Made by a program: the position numbers and the translations under genes. Below are positions 14,690 to 27,772 of a DNA stretch of 64,000 nucleotides, one piece after another. This DNA comes from the human T2T-CHM13v2.0 reference genome, Homo sapiens: the NCBI RefSeq assembly GCF_009914755.1, contig NC_060947.1. One strand, given 5' to 3'. How positions within the stretch are numbered: the stretch's first letter is position 1; every line of letters begins with the position of its first letter. The notes beneath the pieces were generated by a model, which made no database searches, was not told the DNA's origin, and saw nothing but the letters and a program-made list of their open reading frames with translations.

Positions 14690-14840
14690 CTAGTATGATA
14701 GAAAAAAATCAATGAACTTGGGATCAGAAGACTTACAACTAAGTGTCAACTATACCTCTTACTCTGTGACCTTGTACAATTTAATCTCTCTGAGCCTTAT
14801 TTTTGTCATTTACAAAGCAAAGATACTTCTACCTTCTAAG
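14690..14840 (+). mobile_element. MIR
   Basis: MIR core 'tgtgaccttgtacaatttaatctctctgagccttattttt...tttacaaa'. Confidence 0.65.
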
Positions 14841-15751
14841 TTTGACAGCATATAGTACAGGAACTCATGTATTATTGTACCTAAATATAATCCAAGGAGG
14901 AATTAAAAAACAACATTAAAAATAGGTCTACTGGGAATTTCTCAGTTCAACCTCAACAGAAAGCATTCAGTCATTTTTCTTAGAGTTATTTCTTAATTAT
15001 AACTGTAGAATTAGATGGAATAAAGTTTGGCTAGTGTTACTCTGGATGTAATGGTGCTGAGGTGGCTCTGAAATGCTTAAAACAGTGTGTTTCTCAGAAA
15101 GCACACAACAGTTTGTGTTTTTGTTTTTCCCCAAACCTGAACAATATATGGATCACACTGAAAGAAAAATATTTCCAGGTGTTGACTTATTTTTATTTTA
15201 ATGGCTAGTTAAGTACTCACAATCATAAAGCTAAGAATAAACTCATCCCCATAGCTCTTACACACCTATAAAATTGAAACATTTTTAGAAATAAAAACAC
15301 ATTTATGTAAGCAATGAAATTCAAATTCACAATATTAATTTCATATGAAAGATGTTTTTCAACAAATCTCTCCTCACAATACGAGCATGGTAATGACTAT
15401 TGCTATTGTGCAAATTCTTTCAAGAATTCAACATACCTATACCACCTTGTGTCTTGGGGTAACTCAATTTAAGAGATACTGCTTTAAATTGTTGCTACAT
15501 TTTTGGAACCCAACTGTTGTGTTACACACTAGCACAGGTGACTGGTTCCCTGGAATCGTCCATGATCTTTTCTAGGAAATTTTCTAAATGGACAGATGTA
15601 ATAGGGATGCTTTTAAGAATTCCTCACCACACTGATATTCCTGAAGCATCTATAAGCTACGGCTTCCTGTGCACAAAAGCCTGTGATTTTGGGCCTTGCA
15701 TGCAGTATGTTAGACATATCATATATAATCAGTGTTTCCTCTAATCCATCC

Positions 15752-16180
15752 TGTTAAAGCGAACTGAATATATCCTGAGGAATACTCTGTATTTCTATAT
15801 TTGAGTCCTTGAGGACGAACTACAACCTAACTTAATAGGTAGACAAAATTGAAAAGCTAACGTAGGAGTATGCACCTGTAACAATAGCTAAGTTTTGGCC
15901 AATCCCAGCGGCCATAATTCAAATATTCATACCTTGCTGAGTGTTCAAATTGTGTTCAAATAAGGCAAATGCTGAGCTGTAACCAATCCATCCATTCTGT
16001 ACCTCACTACGGATTTCTGTAGGTCATTTCCCTTCTTTTCCTGTATAAATCTTCTTCCACCACATGGCTGCACTGGAGTTTCTGTGAATCTGCTGTGATT
16101 CTGGGGGCTGCCTGATTGGAGAATCATTCATTGCTTAAACTCCTTTGAATTTAATTCAGCTGACGTTTTTTCTTTTATCA
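15752..16180 (+). mobile_element. MER57 solo LTR (ERV1)
   Basis: TG...CA termini (tgttaaagcgaac...ttttatca), a perfect 4-bp TSD atcc at 15748-15751 and 16181-16184, and 'gagctgtaaccaatcc...ctgtacctcact'. Confidence 0.9.
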
Positions 16181-18181
16181 ATCCTCACGTTCTGCTGGGT
16201 AACTCCTCCTTTAGACCATATCTGATTCATGTTTATGCCTTAAACACAAACTAGAAAAACTTACTAGCTATTCTTTAATAAATCCCATGACATTCTGATT
16301 TTCCAGGTTTGCTTACTCTTCTCTATCTGAAACACTTATCATACCACATCATCTTCCAAGACTTCATTTGAGTCTTATGACATGCCTTGTCATCATGTTC
16401 CACACCACAGATATTTCCTGAAATGCTGATTATATAATAATTATGAATCTATCACACTCTTAATACTTCTCTTCCCCTACTCCTTCACTTCATCTCTCTG
16501 TCAATAACTTGAAGAAAAACAATACAAATACTCATCTTTCAACCCTGTATTGCTCCAGTTAATAAAGTAATTACTCAAATTAAGCAACTTTTCATATTTA
16601 TACATAAAAAGACTTTGTTTTAGAATGATTTAACATTCTTTAAATAAAATGAACTTTTCCTTAAGAATTTAAACTGAGATAAATATAAAGCAGGCAAGTT
16701 GCTCTATAAGACACTTGGAAATGTGTTGTGTTGTACTACACTGGAAAAAGAATTGTGATTCTCAAGCCAAATTTGTCAAGGATGAGGAAAGGTCTCCCTA
16801 CATAGGTACAATATAAAATCTCTTTCTTCCAGTAGAGGCTGTAGATCAGTTGGTTTTTTTTATTTTATTTTTTTCTGTTTTCTGTTGGCCATCACAAAAA
16901 AGAAATAGTTTTGCTTGCTGCCTAATGACACTGCAATTTTATAGATATGTGGGCAACCGAAGTCTACACAGTAGGATACAAAATTGTGAGAATCAAGCTG
17001 ATAAATTGTGAAGATCAAAAGCCAGAAAAATCAAGTGGGATCTACAAGAGACATCTGATGGGTCTCAGATGATGTAGTTATGAAATATTATCTGTTTCTT
17101 TTTAAAAACAAAGAGTGAATACACAGTTTAACATTTATATTTCAAAACATTTTTGTTCTTTGTGTTTCCATTTTACTATTTTAACTATTTGTTGGTTGTA
17201 ATGAGGAAGGGAAATGTCACTGAGGGAATATTGTTTTCTTAACACATTTTAGTCTAAATGCTTCTGTTCTGAAGCTAGATATTTGTGATAAAATATTGCC
17301 AGAATATTTCTTAAAGAGTCATCCAAGCATAGAAATTATGGATGACACTATTGTTAGCTTTGCATTCAGAATTTCTTTTCAGAACAGAGTCTCAGAAATG
17401 TGGATATACTAAAATTCCCTCCTAAAAGGGTAAATACTATTTCTTTTATTGACTAATTATCTTGATGGCAAACAATTTGTCTAATTGAAACATACATAAA
17501 ATAGGTTTTAAGTGCCCAAAGCTGAAAAAGTCTTTAAAAAACTGTATATGATTATTCAATCATAATATCTAACTTAGTGAGCAATCAATTTTTGGAATTT
17601 AGGGGATCAGTGGGCACTATATATAAAAAGTATTGCTACTGTAAATGCTTATTAGTATTAGCTTAAGTGAAAGCCTGTGTCTGAGGTACAGGACCCTTTA
17701 TAAAATAGTAGAGACTTAGTTTGAGTCTCTGATGAGAAATATAAATATTCTTGTACCATCAAAGTCATTTTATGTTGTAAATAATAGAAGCTTGTTGGCA
17801 CTGACTTAGTTGAAGGAGACTGAATATGAGGATACTGGCTGAATCATGAATCTCAAGGTGCAATAATACGGCTAAGCTTCAAGTCCTAGAAAGAGAAATT
17901 GAAATGCCCACTAAACTTTCCACGTTGTCCTCCTACTCTTATTTCTATGCTTGGTTCATATATTATTTTAATTCTAGCTGTATACAGATCATTTCTGCTT
18001 TTTAAGACACAACATAAAATATGGTCACAGGCTACCCCCAAATATACCGGTGACTGGTCCATCTACCTAAAATGAGACTACAATTTAGACTGAATTCCAA
18101 ATACACAAAAATCTGTTTAGCTACCTACTTATTCTTGGCCAGGGGGACAGCTCATGTCGTGTGGATCTACTTGTAGCTCAC

Positions 18182-18358
18182 CCCTTGGAAAGACAATGAG
18201 AAAAGGCTTCAAACAGAGGGAAGTTGTTGAGAGTTGTAAAGAAATGTAATGGTTGCTGAATATAATATGCCACTTTGGTGAAAATTCTGGTTGCTGAGAG
18301 AGGTGGAATGAGTACTGCGCTATGGCATATAACAGTTTCACCATCCCAGAGGAAGCAA
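18182..18358 (-). other. Candidate internal exon (177 nt, phase 2-2, open frame)
   Basis: Bounded by gcttag| and GG|gtgagc. The open frame is CFLWDGETVICHSAVLIPPLSATRIFTKVAYYIQQPLHFFTTLNNFPLFEAFSHCLSK. The acceptor tract is weak. Confidence 0.3.
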
Positions 18359-18580
18359 CTAAGCATGCCATTGTACAAATCCATAAAACTGTGTGCAGTG
18401 TTGGGAATTACCATTCATTGACCTCCTTATAGCTTCATTTTACTCTTACAGCAGTGCTATGAAGTCAGTATTAGTAAGTTTATAAGTAAAGAAAATAAAG
18501 TTCAAAATTTTGAGTTCTTTACCACTGCTAGTAAGTAAAAATAAAAAAAGAATGTACCCCTTTGTGTCTGATGCCAATAC

Positions 18581-18765
18581 CTGTTCTTTATACTCTGCTG
18601 CTTAGCAGATATCAAGGTCAGATAGGGTTCAGTGAAGTGCTGGTACGGAAGGTCGATCCAGAAAGTCACAGTGGTGGGAGAGTCCGTAAAAAACGGTTGA
18701 GAAAGAGGAAGGAACCGAATTTTTTTCTGTGTTTCCAGATCTGTATATTCTTGTATACCATTTAG
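18581..18765 (-). other. Candidate internal exon (185 nt, open frame)
   Basis: Acceptor region ttttctctattcataagcattag|, donor CAG|gtattg and five CpGs. The open frame is LNGIQEYTDLETQKKIRFLPLSQPFFTDSPTTVTFWIDLPYQHFTEPYLTLISAKQQSIKN. The donor overlaps the edge of a MIR. Confidence 0.3.
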
Positions 18766-19417
18766 CTAATGCTTATGAATAGAGAAAATGGAATCCAGAC
18801 TCATGGACTAGACAGAATGTCAATCATAATCACAATGCTAATTAAAGGCAGAATCTGCCATTTGGTAAGCATCATTACTGGCCATTATATATGTCAAGTA
18901 CCTGTTATAAGTCAAGCCAGGGACTTCTCCTAGAGTGAGATTGTAGAATAAGGTAGGATACCTACAGAATCTTGATTACTTAGTTTGATTTACAAGGGTC
19001 TACACAGACCAGTTCCAAACAATATTTCTCACTGCATCTATCCATATTCTTCAAATAAACCATACTTGTATTTCAACCGCAACAGATATCTCACCATTTT
19101 CTGAACGTATCATGTTCTTTTAATGGTTTAAACACAACCACGTCTTTAATTATCCCTCCCCACATCCACACTCAGAGCACCGTCCTATCCATTTCTGCTT
19201 TGAAAGTGTTTACTATCCTTTAAGATTCACGCCACTTCCTCTGTCAAGAGTTATCTGAAATTGCTTTCCCACCATTAGAGGTGAGTGTGACTCACAATAC
19301 AATGTAATAATCTGTATAAATCTGTCAGTCCCTCTAAACTGTGAGCTCCTTGAGGAAAGGAAGAAAGCATTTACTTTTTCTCTATCCACTGGCAAGATCC
19401 AAATATTTATAAATTAC

Positions 19418-20047
19418 CTAGCCAACACCATCAGAAACTTCTCTCTCTCTCCTTAGTGTCCCATCTATGAATTAAGCTATTTCAATGTGGTCATTTTGAA
19501 AGCCAGCATGACCTACAACAGTTCTTCATAATTTCAGTGTTTGATCCACACCCAATCACATGTAGTTTGCCTTTCTCTGAAAAACTTATATCTGACTTAT
19601 ATCTGAAAATACGGTTAGTTTGAGTCATAGTATTCATGGGACTGAAAAACATTTTTCTTAGTATTACTGACCAGTTACTGTTATTTGTTTCATGTCTGTG
19701 TTAACTCCTACTTTTATTGTATTAACTATTTTGCTTACAACTAGATCAACCAATGATTCTGGATTTAAGGTACTTGTGTCTGTTTCCTGTAACACATTGT
19801 TTTCCAATTTATCCAATGGAGACTCAGTTCACTTGAAAATAGATGCAAGAAAGACTGGAATCACAATTTCAATGGAAATTAACAATTTTTGTTTTCTGAC
19901 ATCTCCAAAACACTGTAGCAGCTTCTTCCGAAGGTGACAGTATCGCTGCCTTGGTAGATCTTGCAGCATACATATTGTTGATCTTATCTTCACCAAGCAC
20001 TTTTAACTGTGGTACGTTGGGCTTTTCTGAATCAAATGGAACTTGTT
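19418..20047 (-). other. Candidate large decayed exon (630 nt)
   Basis: Bounded by ctattag| and TAG|gtaatt. Protein-like frames (QVPFDSEKPNVPQLKVLGEDKINNMYAARSTKAAILSPSEE; TESPLDKLENNVLQETDTSTLNPESLVDLVVSKIVNTIKVGV) are broken by stops and frameshifts. Confidence 0.3.
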
Positions 20048-20837
20048 CTAATAGCATGAGGGCGGCATTCAAAACAATATTAGAAAATCGATATACATAA
20101 ACATATATTAATTTTATTTAAAGAAAGAACAAAATAAACATCATTTATGTTTAATATATTCATTGACACTGGTCTGAATTGACATGCAAATACCTTCATT
20201 TCATCTATTTATAAAAGTCAAAGTATCCTTGATACCATAAATGTCTTGGCATAAAAATATTAAAGGAAATAGCCCACAAATTGTAGTAATAGTAATAATG
20301 AAGCACAAATAGGAACAAAATGTCAGAACTGACACTTCTCCTCCCTATCAGAACCATCTTCAGATTTATCTGAGTCTGCAAAGAAATGGGGACCTGTTAA
20401 TATTTTAATAATTAGTAAAAAGTGAAGGCTTTTTGACAGAATTATGCTATTGAGAGAATATTCCAAAGGTGGATGTTTGAAATGTTTTCATCACCATATG
20501 CTTATCTTTTTGCCAAAACAATGTAAATGTGTTGCTTATAAAACTTCTGTTATTTGTGCACATTAAAAACAAATTTTTCTAGACAGTTTTCATATTCCAA
20601 GCAAATGGTTTTAATGGTTTTAAAATATATTTGATAAACATAAAAATATGACTTCTAATTAGTATTATTTCCATTTGAGAATATAATCAGCTATTTGTTG
20701 ATTGTCAATAACAACACAATTGACATAATTGGTATTTGGGATTGAAAAATGTATACCATGATATGCTTCCTCTATATGGATTCATGTATCTCTATGAGAT
20801 TTTCTTCAGATATATCAGCATTAAAACAAGCCTTTAA

Positions 20838-22090
20838 CATCCTATTCAATAAATGGTACTGAAAAAGTTAGCCATATGCAAAAGAATGAAACTGGATCCC
20901 TGCCTCTCACCATATACAAAAATGAACTCAAGACGGATTAGAGACTTAGATTTTTGAGGAACCTCCAAACTCTTCTCTGTAGACCTCAAACTATAAAGAT
21001 CCTAGAAGAAAACCCAGGAAAAACTTTTCTGGACATTGGCCTAGGTAAAGAATTTATGACTAAGACCTCAAAAGCAAACGCAGTAAAAACAAAAATAGAC
21101 AAGCGGGACTTCATTAAATTACAAAGCTTTTGCACAGCAAAAGAAATAACAGAGTAAACAGACAACCTACAGAATGGAAGGAAATATTTACCAGCTATGC
21201 ATCTCACAAAGGACTAATATCCAGAATCTACAAACGGCTCAAAGAACTCAACAAGAAAAGAAGAAATAACCCCATTAAAAGGTAGACGAAGGACATGAAC
21301 AGACATTTCTCAAAAGGAGACATACAGGCAGCCAACAAACATATGAAAACATGTTCAATATCACTAATCATCAGCAAAATGCACATTAAAACCACAATGA
21401 GATATCATCTCACCCCAGTCAGAATGCCTATTATTAAAAAGACAAGAAACAACGGATGTTGGCGAGGATGTGGAGAAAAGGGAATGCTTATGCACTGTTG
21501 GCAGGAATGTAAATTAGTATAACCTCTATGGCAAACAGCATGGAGATTTCTCAAATAACTAAAAATAGAACCACCATTTAACCCAGCAATCCCATTACTG
21601 GCTATCTACTCAAAAGAAAAAAAAAAAAACGCACCTGCACTCGTATATTTATCATAGCACTGTTCACAATAGCAAAGTCATGAAATCAACATAGATGCCC
21701 ATCAGTGGTAGACTGGATAAAGAAAATGTGATGTGTATGCACTATGGAATACTATGCAGCCATTAAAATGAATGAAATAATGTTTTTTGCAGCAACATGA
21801 ACAAAGTTGAATGCCATTATGCTAAGTAAAGTAACTCAGAAACAGAAAATCAAACACCACATGTTGTTCACTTATAAGTTAGAGGTAAACATTGGGTGCA
21901 CATGGACATACAGAAGGGGACAATAGACACTGAGGACTACAAAAGGGCAGAGGTTAGTTTTGAAAAATTACCTATTTGGTACAATGTTCACTTTTCGGGT
22001 GATGGCTACTCTAGGAGCCCACACATCACCACCCAAGCAATATATCCACGTATCAAACTTGCATATTACCCCCTCAATCTATAAAAATAA
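20838..22090 (+). mobile_element. 5'-truncated L1PB-like element (ORF2 C-terminus plus 3'UTR)
   Basis: ORFs 20954-21157 and 21295-21522 match the L1 ORF2p C-terminus (HLTPVRM...[16 protein letters not shown]), followed by a 3'UTR and an A-rich tail. Confidence 0.95.
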
Positions 22091-22469
22091 TGAATGAATG
22101 AATAAATACAAATCTTTAGATTTGAGCTTTATACTAATCTTTTGAATTGCTGTATTATAGATAATTAAACAATGATTCAAAAAGTAATAATGAAGTCTAT
22201 TTATTTTCTCAATAATTTGTCTCATTAAGAAAATACAATTTTGATCTACTAATGATTTTTAAAGTGGTTTATTTCCTCTTTAGCTCACAAAGTATATTTT
22301 TACATGTTTAATAAGACTGCAACTTATTTGCTGTTAATGTATGCACTTTATCCGTAACTATACACACGTTGGTATTGTGAGTGTATGCAAAATTGTTTTA
22401 ATTTTTAAGCGTATGTGAGCAAAAGAAAAGAATAAACATGGATACAACTGATATAAAGGCTTCAAATTT

Positions 22470-22558
22470 GTTCTTGTTGTTGTTGTTATTGTTTTTTCTG
22501 AGACAGAGTCTCACTCTCTCACTCAGGCTGGAGTGCAGTGGTGTGATCTTGGCTCACT
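22470..22558 (-). mobile_element. Short Alu 3' fragment
   Basis: (TTG)n tail plus gagacagagtctcactct...gtgatcttggctcact, ending abruptly. Confidence 0.85.
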
Positions 22559-22699
22559 ATTAGTAAGGTGCTTAATCTCTCCATTCTTGAACCACTGCAT
22601 GCCTATTTAGTTACCCCTCCTTTTCCACCCCTCCAAGCATTCTATGTCCCTTGCATTATCCCATGCTCCCATGCCCACCCAATTCTCTGCTTCAATATT

Positions 22700-23000
22700 T
22701 CTGCATAACATAATTCCATTTGTTTTTGCTGTTCTCTTTACGTTCATTTTCTTTATTATATCAGAATCACGCTCAGCCTTCCAAAGCTAGCTCACTGCAT
22801 CTCATAATGTCTTGTTAGGCATCCACAGAAATGTTTTTATGCATCTATTATAGCTCTGATCATACTTATAGTTATCCTTGTAAGCTTCCATAAATGGCTC
22901 TCTTCTCTTATGAGTTCCTCAAAGGCAAGGATCACATCTTACTCATCGGTTTTCCCAGTGTCTAGCATAGTGACTGTCATGGTATAAGCATCAATAAATG
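22700..23000 (+). mobile_element. L2 3' fragment
   Basis: 'gagttcctcaaaggcaaggatcacatctt...ccagtgtctagcatagtg...catcaataaatg' matches the L2 3' end. Confidence 0.65.
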
Positions 23001-24071
23001 GGTCGTAGTGTCTTTCCTCACAGGAAAAGGGAAATTAAATAAATGATTACACTGTGGTTAGAAGAATGGACTAGTTTGAAATGCCACAAGTAGTTGCCTC
23101 CAGCTATCACTGTAATAATGTTTTGCTTACATACCACTTTTAATCTTTAGATTCTACACATATAAGTAAACTTTTACACGGGTTCTGGGAATTTATGTGA
23201 TGGCAATTGGAAATATTCCAAGGATTTTATTGAAATAAGAGGCAGCACAATAAAGTGACCAGATGTTACACACTATGAACATGTACCGTTGGCATCTCAT
23301 TTTAGTCTTAGCAAAAAAAAAAAAAGAAATAATTTTTCAAAATTGCATGTGGGGTTCACATCCACAAAGCCCATTATTTTCCCACAGGTATCTGAAATAA
23401 TAAGAATAGGGACAGCGTTTCTTCTACATTCCTAACATACATCTGAAAAGGAATGAGACCACAGGGACACATGAGAAGTGCTCAATAGCTTTGTAGTTGG
23501 TTGTAATTTTTTCCTCAACAAATAATCTCATTGCCAGCATTAAAATGCCTGCAACATATGAAGTGAGGGTTGAGCGTCAGCAATGAGGTTCAAATCTGAA
23601 ACTTAGTTATATCTGTTGTCTGTTTTTAAATTTAATAAATATGGGATTTAATAAGATATAGTAATTATATTTACTTAAAAAAGAGTACATTAGGAGACAC
23701 TGGCTTAATGACAACTTATCCTGTTGTGAAAGATCACTGGGCTTGGGAGGAGCCAGATGTGGTTTAGAATGCTATATCAGTGCCTTAATAGCTGTTGCTG
23801 TAGAATTTTGGGAAAAGTACATAACCAAATCACCCATAACACGTCTTTTCAATTTATTTTCTTATATAAGGGTAGTAATAAGTTCTCCAAAAGGTTATTG
23901 TGTTGATTGAGGTAATGGATACATTATTGAGCACATAGAAGATGTTTAAAATTATAAACACAGTATTAAATATGATACTTTAGCTTGTAAATTATGAAGA
24001 TAAACTTATCTAATAAAAATAAATTTTAATGATTCAAAATAAATGTCTACATTCTAATAAAAATAAGGCTC

Positions 24072-24505
24072 ATGGTAGATTATATTCCCATCCCCAATTC
24101 TTCATTCCTCACTTATCCATTTCCTTAACTATTTGTGAAATTTTGCAATATGCTTTCATAATGGGTAGGACTCCTTTCCCATCTCTTGACTCTAACCATG
24201 GCCATGTGACTTTTCTAAGCCAATAGAATAAAGTGAAACTGATGAGATGATGATATGGCTGTTCGGAACCCAGGCTTTATGCACATTTCTATGAACCCTC
24301 ACACCATGGCAATCACCGTGAGAAAGATATGTCTAGGCTCACGTTTTAGTCTCAGGAGCATAATGAGACATACTTCAAGGAAATTCACCTGTAGCTGAGC
24401 TCAGCCTAGACCAAGTGATTTCTTGCCAAACCACAAACTGATAAGATATAATAATGATAGTTGTATAGACACTGAATTTTGGTAGTTTAAATGGCTAAAC
24501 TGACA
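24072..24505 (+). mobile_element. MLT1-type MaLR LTR
   Basis: Contains 'ggccatgtgacttt...gccaatagaat', 'gctgagctcagcctagacc' and the end 'ctgaattttggtagttt...ctaaactgaca'. Confidence 0.65.
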
Positions 24506-25579
24506 AAGTCACAATAGTTGAGAAAGGGTAACCTATATGGTATTTCCAGAGAAGCTTGATAGAAGATTGCATGTAGTCCCACTCTAATAAAACATAGACT
24601 TGTCCCTGAAATCCTCACAACTGTAGCTAATTACTTAATTATTATGCATTCTGGACCTTCCTTGCTATAATTTAATTTTGTCACATCGTTAATGTGAATA
24701 TATTTATCATAATTTATAATAAGTTAACCTTTATTAGGGTTAGGAGTCAGGAACATGGAAAGGCAACAACTCTAACTGAACAGGCGGAGTATATAGACTT
24801 AGGGAGTTCAAAAGACAAAAAATAACTGCCAAAAACAGATTTTCCATTTTTCCAAGTTATTATATCAGAATTCTGTCAATGAAAAACACATTTTTATTGA
24901 TATCTTTCTTTTACTGACCACGAGGGTAATTCCTTTCTATTGCAGAACAACTTGGAAAACACATAAAAGGTATGAATAGCAGTAATGAAGTAATACCATA
25001 ATACAGGTGACATAATGTGGATAAAATGTTTGATAAAATTTAGATGTGGATCTTTCCACACATTTATCTGTATTTATACTTAGGTTTTAGGATGGGGTCA
25101 ACAATTTTGTGCCATTTTCTTATAAATGATTTCAAATAATGCATCATGAATGTTTTATAAAAACATTAGCCTAATAATTGTGAAACATGGTTTTATGTGC
25201 TGTTTCATTCTATCATACAATATTTTTCTGATTGATTTCTGACTTTTTTAGCATTTTAAATATTTTAAATGTTTTCTAAGTGTTTTCTACTTTCAGATTT
25301 ACTAAAATATTCCATTTTAAATAGTATTTTCTTTTTCTTGGATTTTGTTTCATAATTTTTTTCATTAAGAACATACATGTATTATCACATTTAATCCACT
25401 CAAAACCCTCAGAAGGCAGTATTTATTTTTATCATGAATTTACAGATAAAGAATGCAGCTTAGAGAAGTTAAATAAGTTGTTTAATGCTATGAACCAAGT
25501 CCATAGTCTGATCCTAGGGTTATACTGTAACACGAAAGGATACTTACACGCAAGACTAAAGAGGATCAAACCTGATACT

Positions 25580-26070
25580 CAACCTATGGCTGCATTCCAT
25601 CCTGAACCACAGTGCCTGAAAACAGTGATTACAGTTTTCTATGATTCAGTGAGTTCACTGGGAGTTTCTTCTGCTTAGGCTCACCTGGGCTCAAACATGG
25701 AACTACAGACAGCTACTCTGGGGTGGTCTAGGATGCCCCCTCACAAGGATGCAGTTCCAACGGGAATGGCAGGAACAGCTAGCATGGCTGGGCCTCTCCC
25801 TCCAGCTGGTCTTTCATTCTGGAATTGTTCTCAGCGTGGGGAGCTCAAGACTCCAAAAGGGCAAAGACAGAAACTGTGAAGCATCTTAGGACTCAGCCGA
25901 GGAAAGTGAGTAATGTCACATGAGAAACATTTCACTGATCAAAATAACCAAGCCAACATCACCGCATAAGGAAATGAATTCAAACCCTGAAAGGAGAGAG
26001 ACAAAAAGTCTCATTGCAAAATGGTGTTTTCACAGGAACACCTGACTCACTGGGAGTCATTGTTACCAAA
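25580..26070 (-). mobile_element. MLT1-type MaLR LTR
   Basis: 'ggggtggtctaggatgccc...ggctgggcctctccctcc...acagaaactgtgaagcatcttagg' is typical of MLT1 in antisense. Confidence 0.6.
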
Positions 26071-26360
26071 GCGCACACAAAATCTACACAGTATTTTCAT
26101 TCTAGTTTACGGGACATGTCTTTGTTGTTATTTGTAAAGTGAAACTTCACAGGGTTACATTGATAAAAGGTGGGGGCTCTCTGACAAATACCAAGAATTA
26201 TTAAGAATTTTTGTACTTGTGTTAGCCTGGATGGAGCACCTTTAACATCGCTGGCACAAGTGATATGTTTCACTTCTTTAGGCACATTTTTTGCTTAGAG
26301 TTGGAAGGAGCCCAGGTGGTTTGCTGACCCAATAGTGCTAGATTCCTGAGATACTTCCGA

Positions 26361-26482
26361 GCTGACTGCTTGGGAACATGGAATTGTTCATTTATGTGTA
26401 CCCATTCTGGGTCAAGAGACTGCTGATTGCTTGGGAACACTGAGAGATTCCTTTATGTGTGCCCACTCTGGGTCAAGAGAGA
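26361..26482. repeat. Diverged 61-bp tandem duplication (2 copies)
   Basis: gctga(c/t)tgcttgggaaca...tttatgtgt(a/g)ccca(t/c)tctgggtcaagaga at 26361-26421 and 26422-26482. Confidence 0.9.
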
Positions 26483-26579
26483 CCACTTGTCCTGTGAACC
26501 ATCTGGTCCAATCTCTCCCTGTTCTCTGTGACCTTCATGGGTAGAGAGGAACAAAGCAACTAAGGCTCCTGTCATTAAC

Positions 26580-27772
26580 CACAGTTGTCAGGTTTCCTTT
26601 TATTGACAAATTTGGAGTTGGAATGGTTTTGAGGAGAAGAGACTGAGCTGCCTGACTCAAACCTTGCAGCAACTTCCTGGCTGCTCTGAGACATCTACTC
26701 CCTGCAGCCTGCATCAGAGGGTAGGTTTGAGAACAGAGACTTAAGGGAATGGGAAGGAAAAGAACAAAAAGACAATCAGGAATGAGTAGTAAGAATAATC
26801 GGCTGCCATGCTGATCATAGGACTGAGGAGAACACAGGACGTGAAGGGTATCACACATGCCTTCGTCCCCCACCCCAGCCTACACCACTGCCAGCCTTGC
26901 CCCTGCTCTGTCCCCCTCGGCAGGATGCCAAGAGACAGAGGGTGGCAAAAATCCAATGCGTTATTCTTTTCCGACCCCCTCCCCACTCTCACCAGATGCC
27001 TCCGAAAATCAGCTGGACGGTGGGAGGGATCAAGAATGACTGCCGTCACCATGGAAACTCCTTGATGGCGAGATTGCTTTGAGAACCAGGAGGGGATGAG
27101 ATAAGCACCAGAGGAACACTGGGCAGTCAGGGCCCAGCATCCACCAACCCTTTCTTCCAGATAACTCCTTTGTTCTCTGGGCTGGTCTCCCTCTTGCTCC
27201 TATAGGGGCCCTTTCTGACTCTTCACCTGTTTTGATTCTTCAGTGGTGCCCTTCCCGGGTCTGGGAGGGAAGGGCCCGAGGCCCACTCAGGGCTGTCCCA
27301 GGATGGCCACTTCTCACTGCAGCCCAGACACCCTGGTCTATAAGACACACTATCCTTGCCACTGAGAAGGAAGGGACGTCAACACTTTTGAGCCAAGCCC
27401 TGTGTCCCCTGCATCCAGCAAGGAAGAAGAAAAATAAAGACCTGACTATTTTTCACAGGTGCAACGGGTGACTAAAGACAGAAAGAGAGTGGGGTGGTTT
27501 TCACTTCATCTTGTTGAGAAGCCAGGGCCTGAAGTCCAGAGATCCCCATTCACATGCACCCTCTTGGGTGGGAAGGGGAGGAACTCTTACCTCCCTCTCT
27601 GCCATGTTCTCCTCTCGTTGCCCATTTGTGTACTATCCTCTCCGTCCCCTACCTGACTGCATGTGCCTTGAATGCAAAGGTCTTACTGCTCATCAGCTTT
27701 ACATCTGCATCACAGTCACAATTCCTGCACCTTACAGGCCTGGATCAAATTCTTGTGAATGAGCAAAAGCAT
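26580..27772 (-). pseudogene. Candidate compact five-exon relic gene or lncRNA of unknown identity
   Basis: Exons at 27772-27653 (120), 27471-27442 (30), 27337-27227 (111), 27076-26993 (84) and 26822-~26580, with GT-AG introns of 104-181 nt and AATAAA at 26604-26599. In-frame stops are present. Confidence 0.45.

Noticed and set aside
19418-20047. Naming the block as FSIP2-like or another known testis gene
   Set aside because: The resemblance is only compositional (LVDLVVSKIVNTI) and no alignable motif is recognised, so no symbol is assigned.
26741-27082. Plus-strand ORFs or exons in the GC-richer island
   Set aside because: Some + acceptors exist (ctctcaccag, cctcggcag), but there is no consistent donor series. 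The minus-strand model explains more signals.
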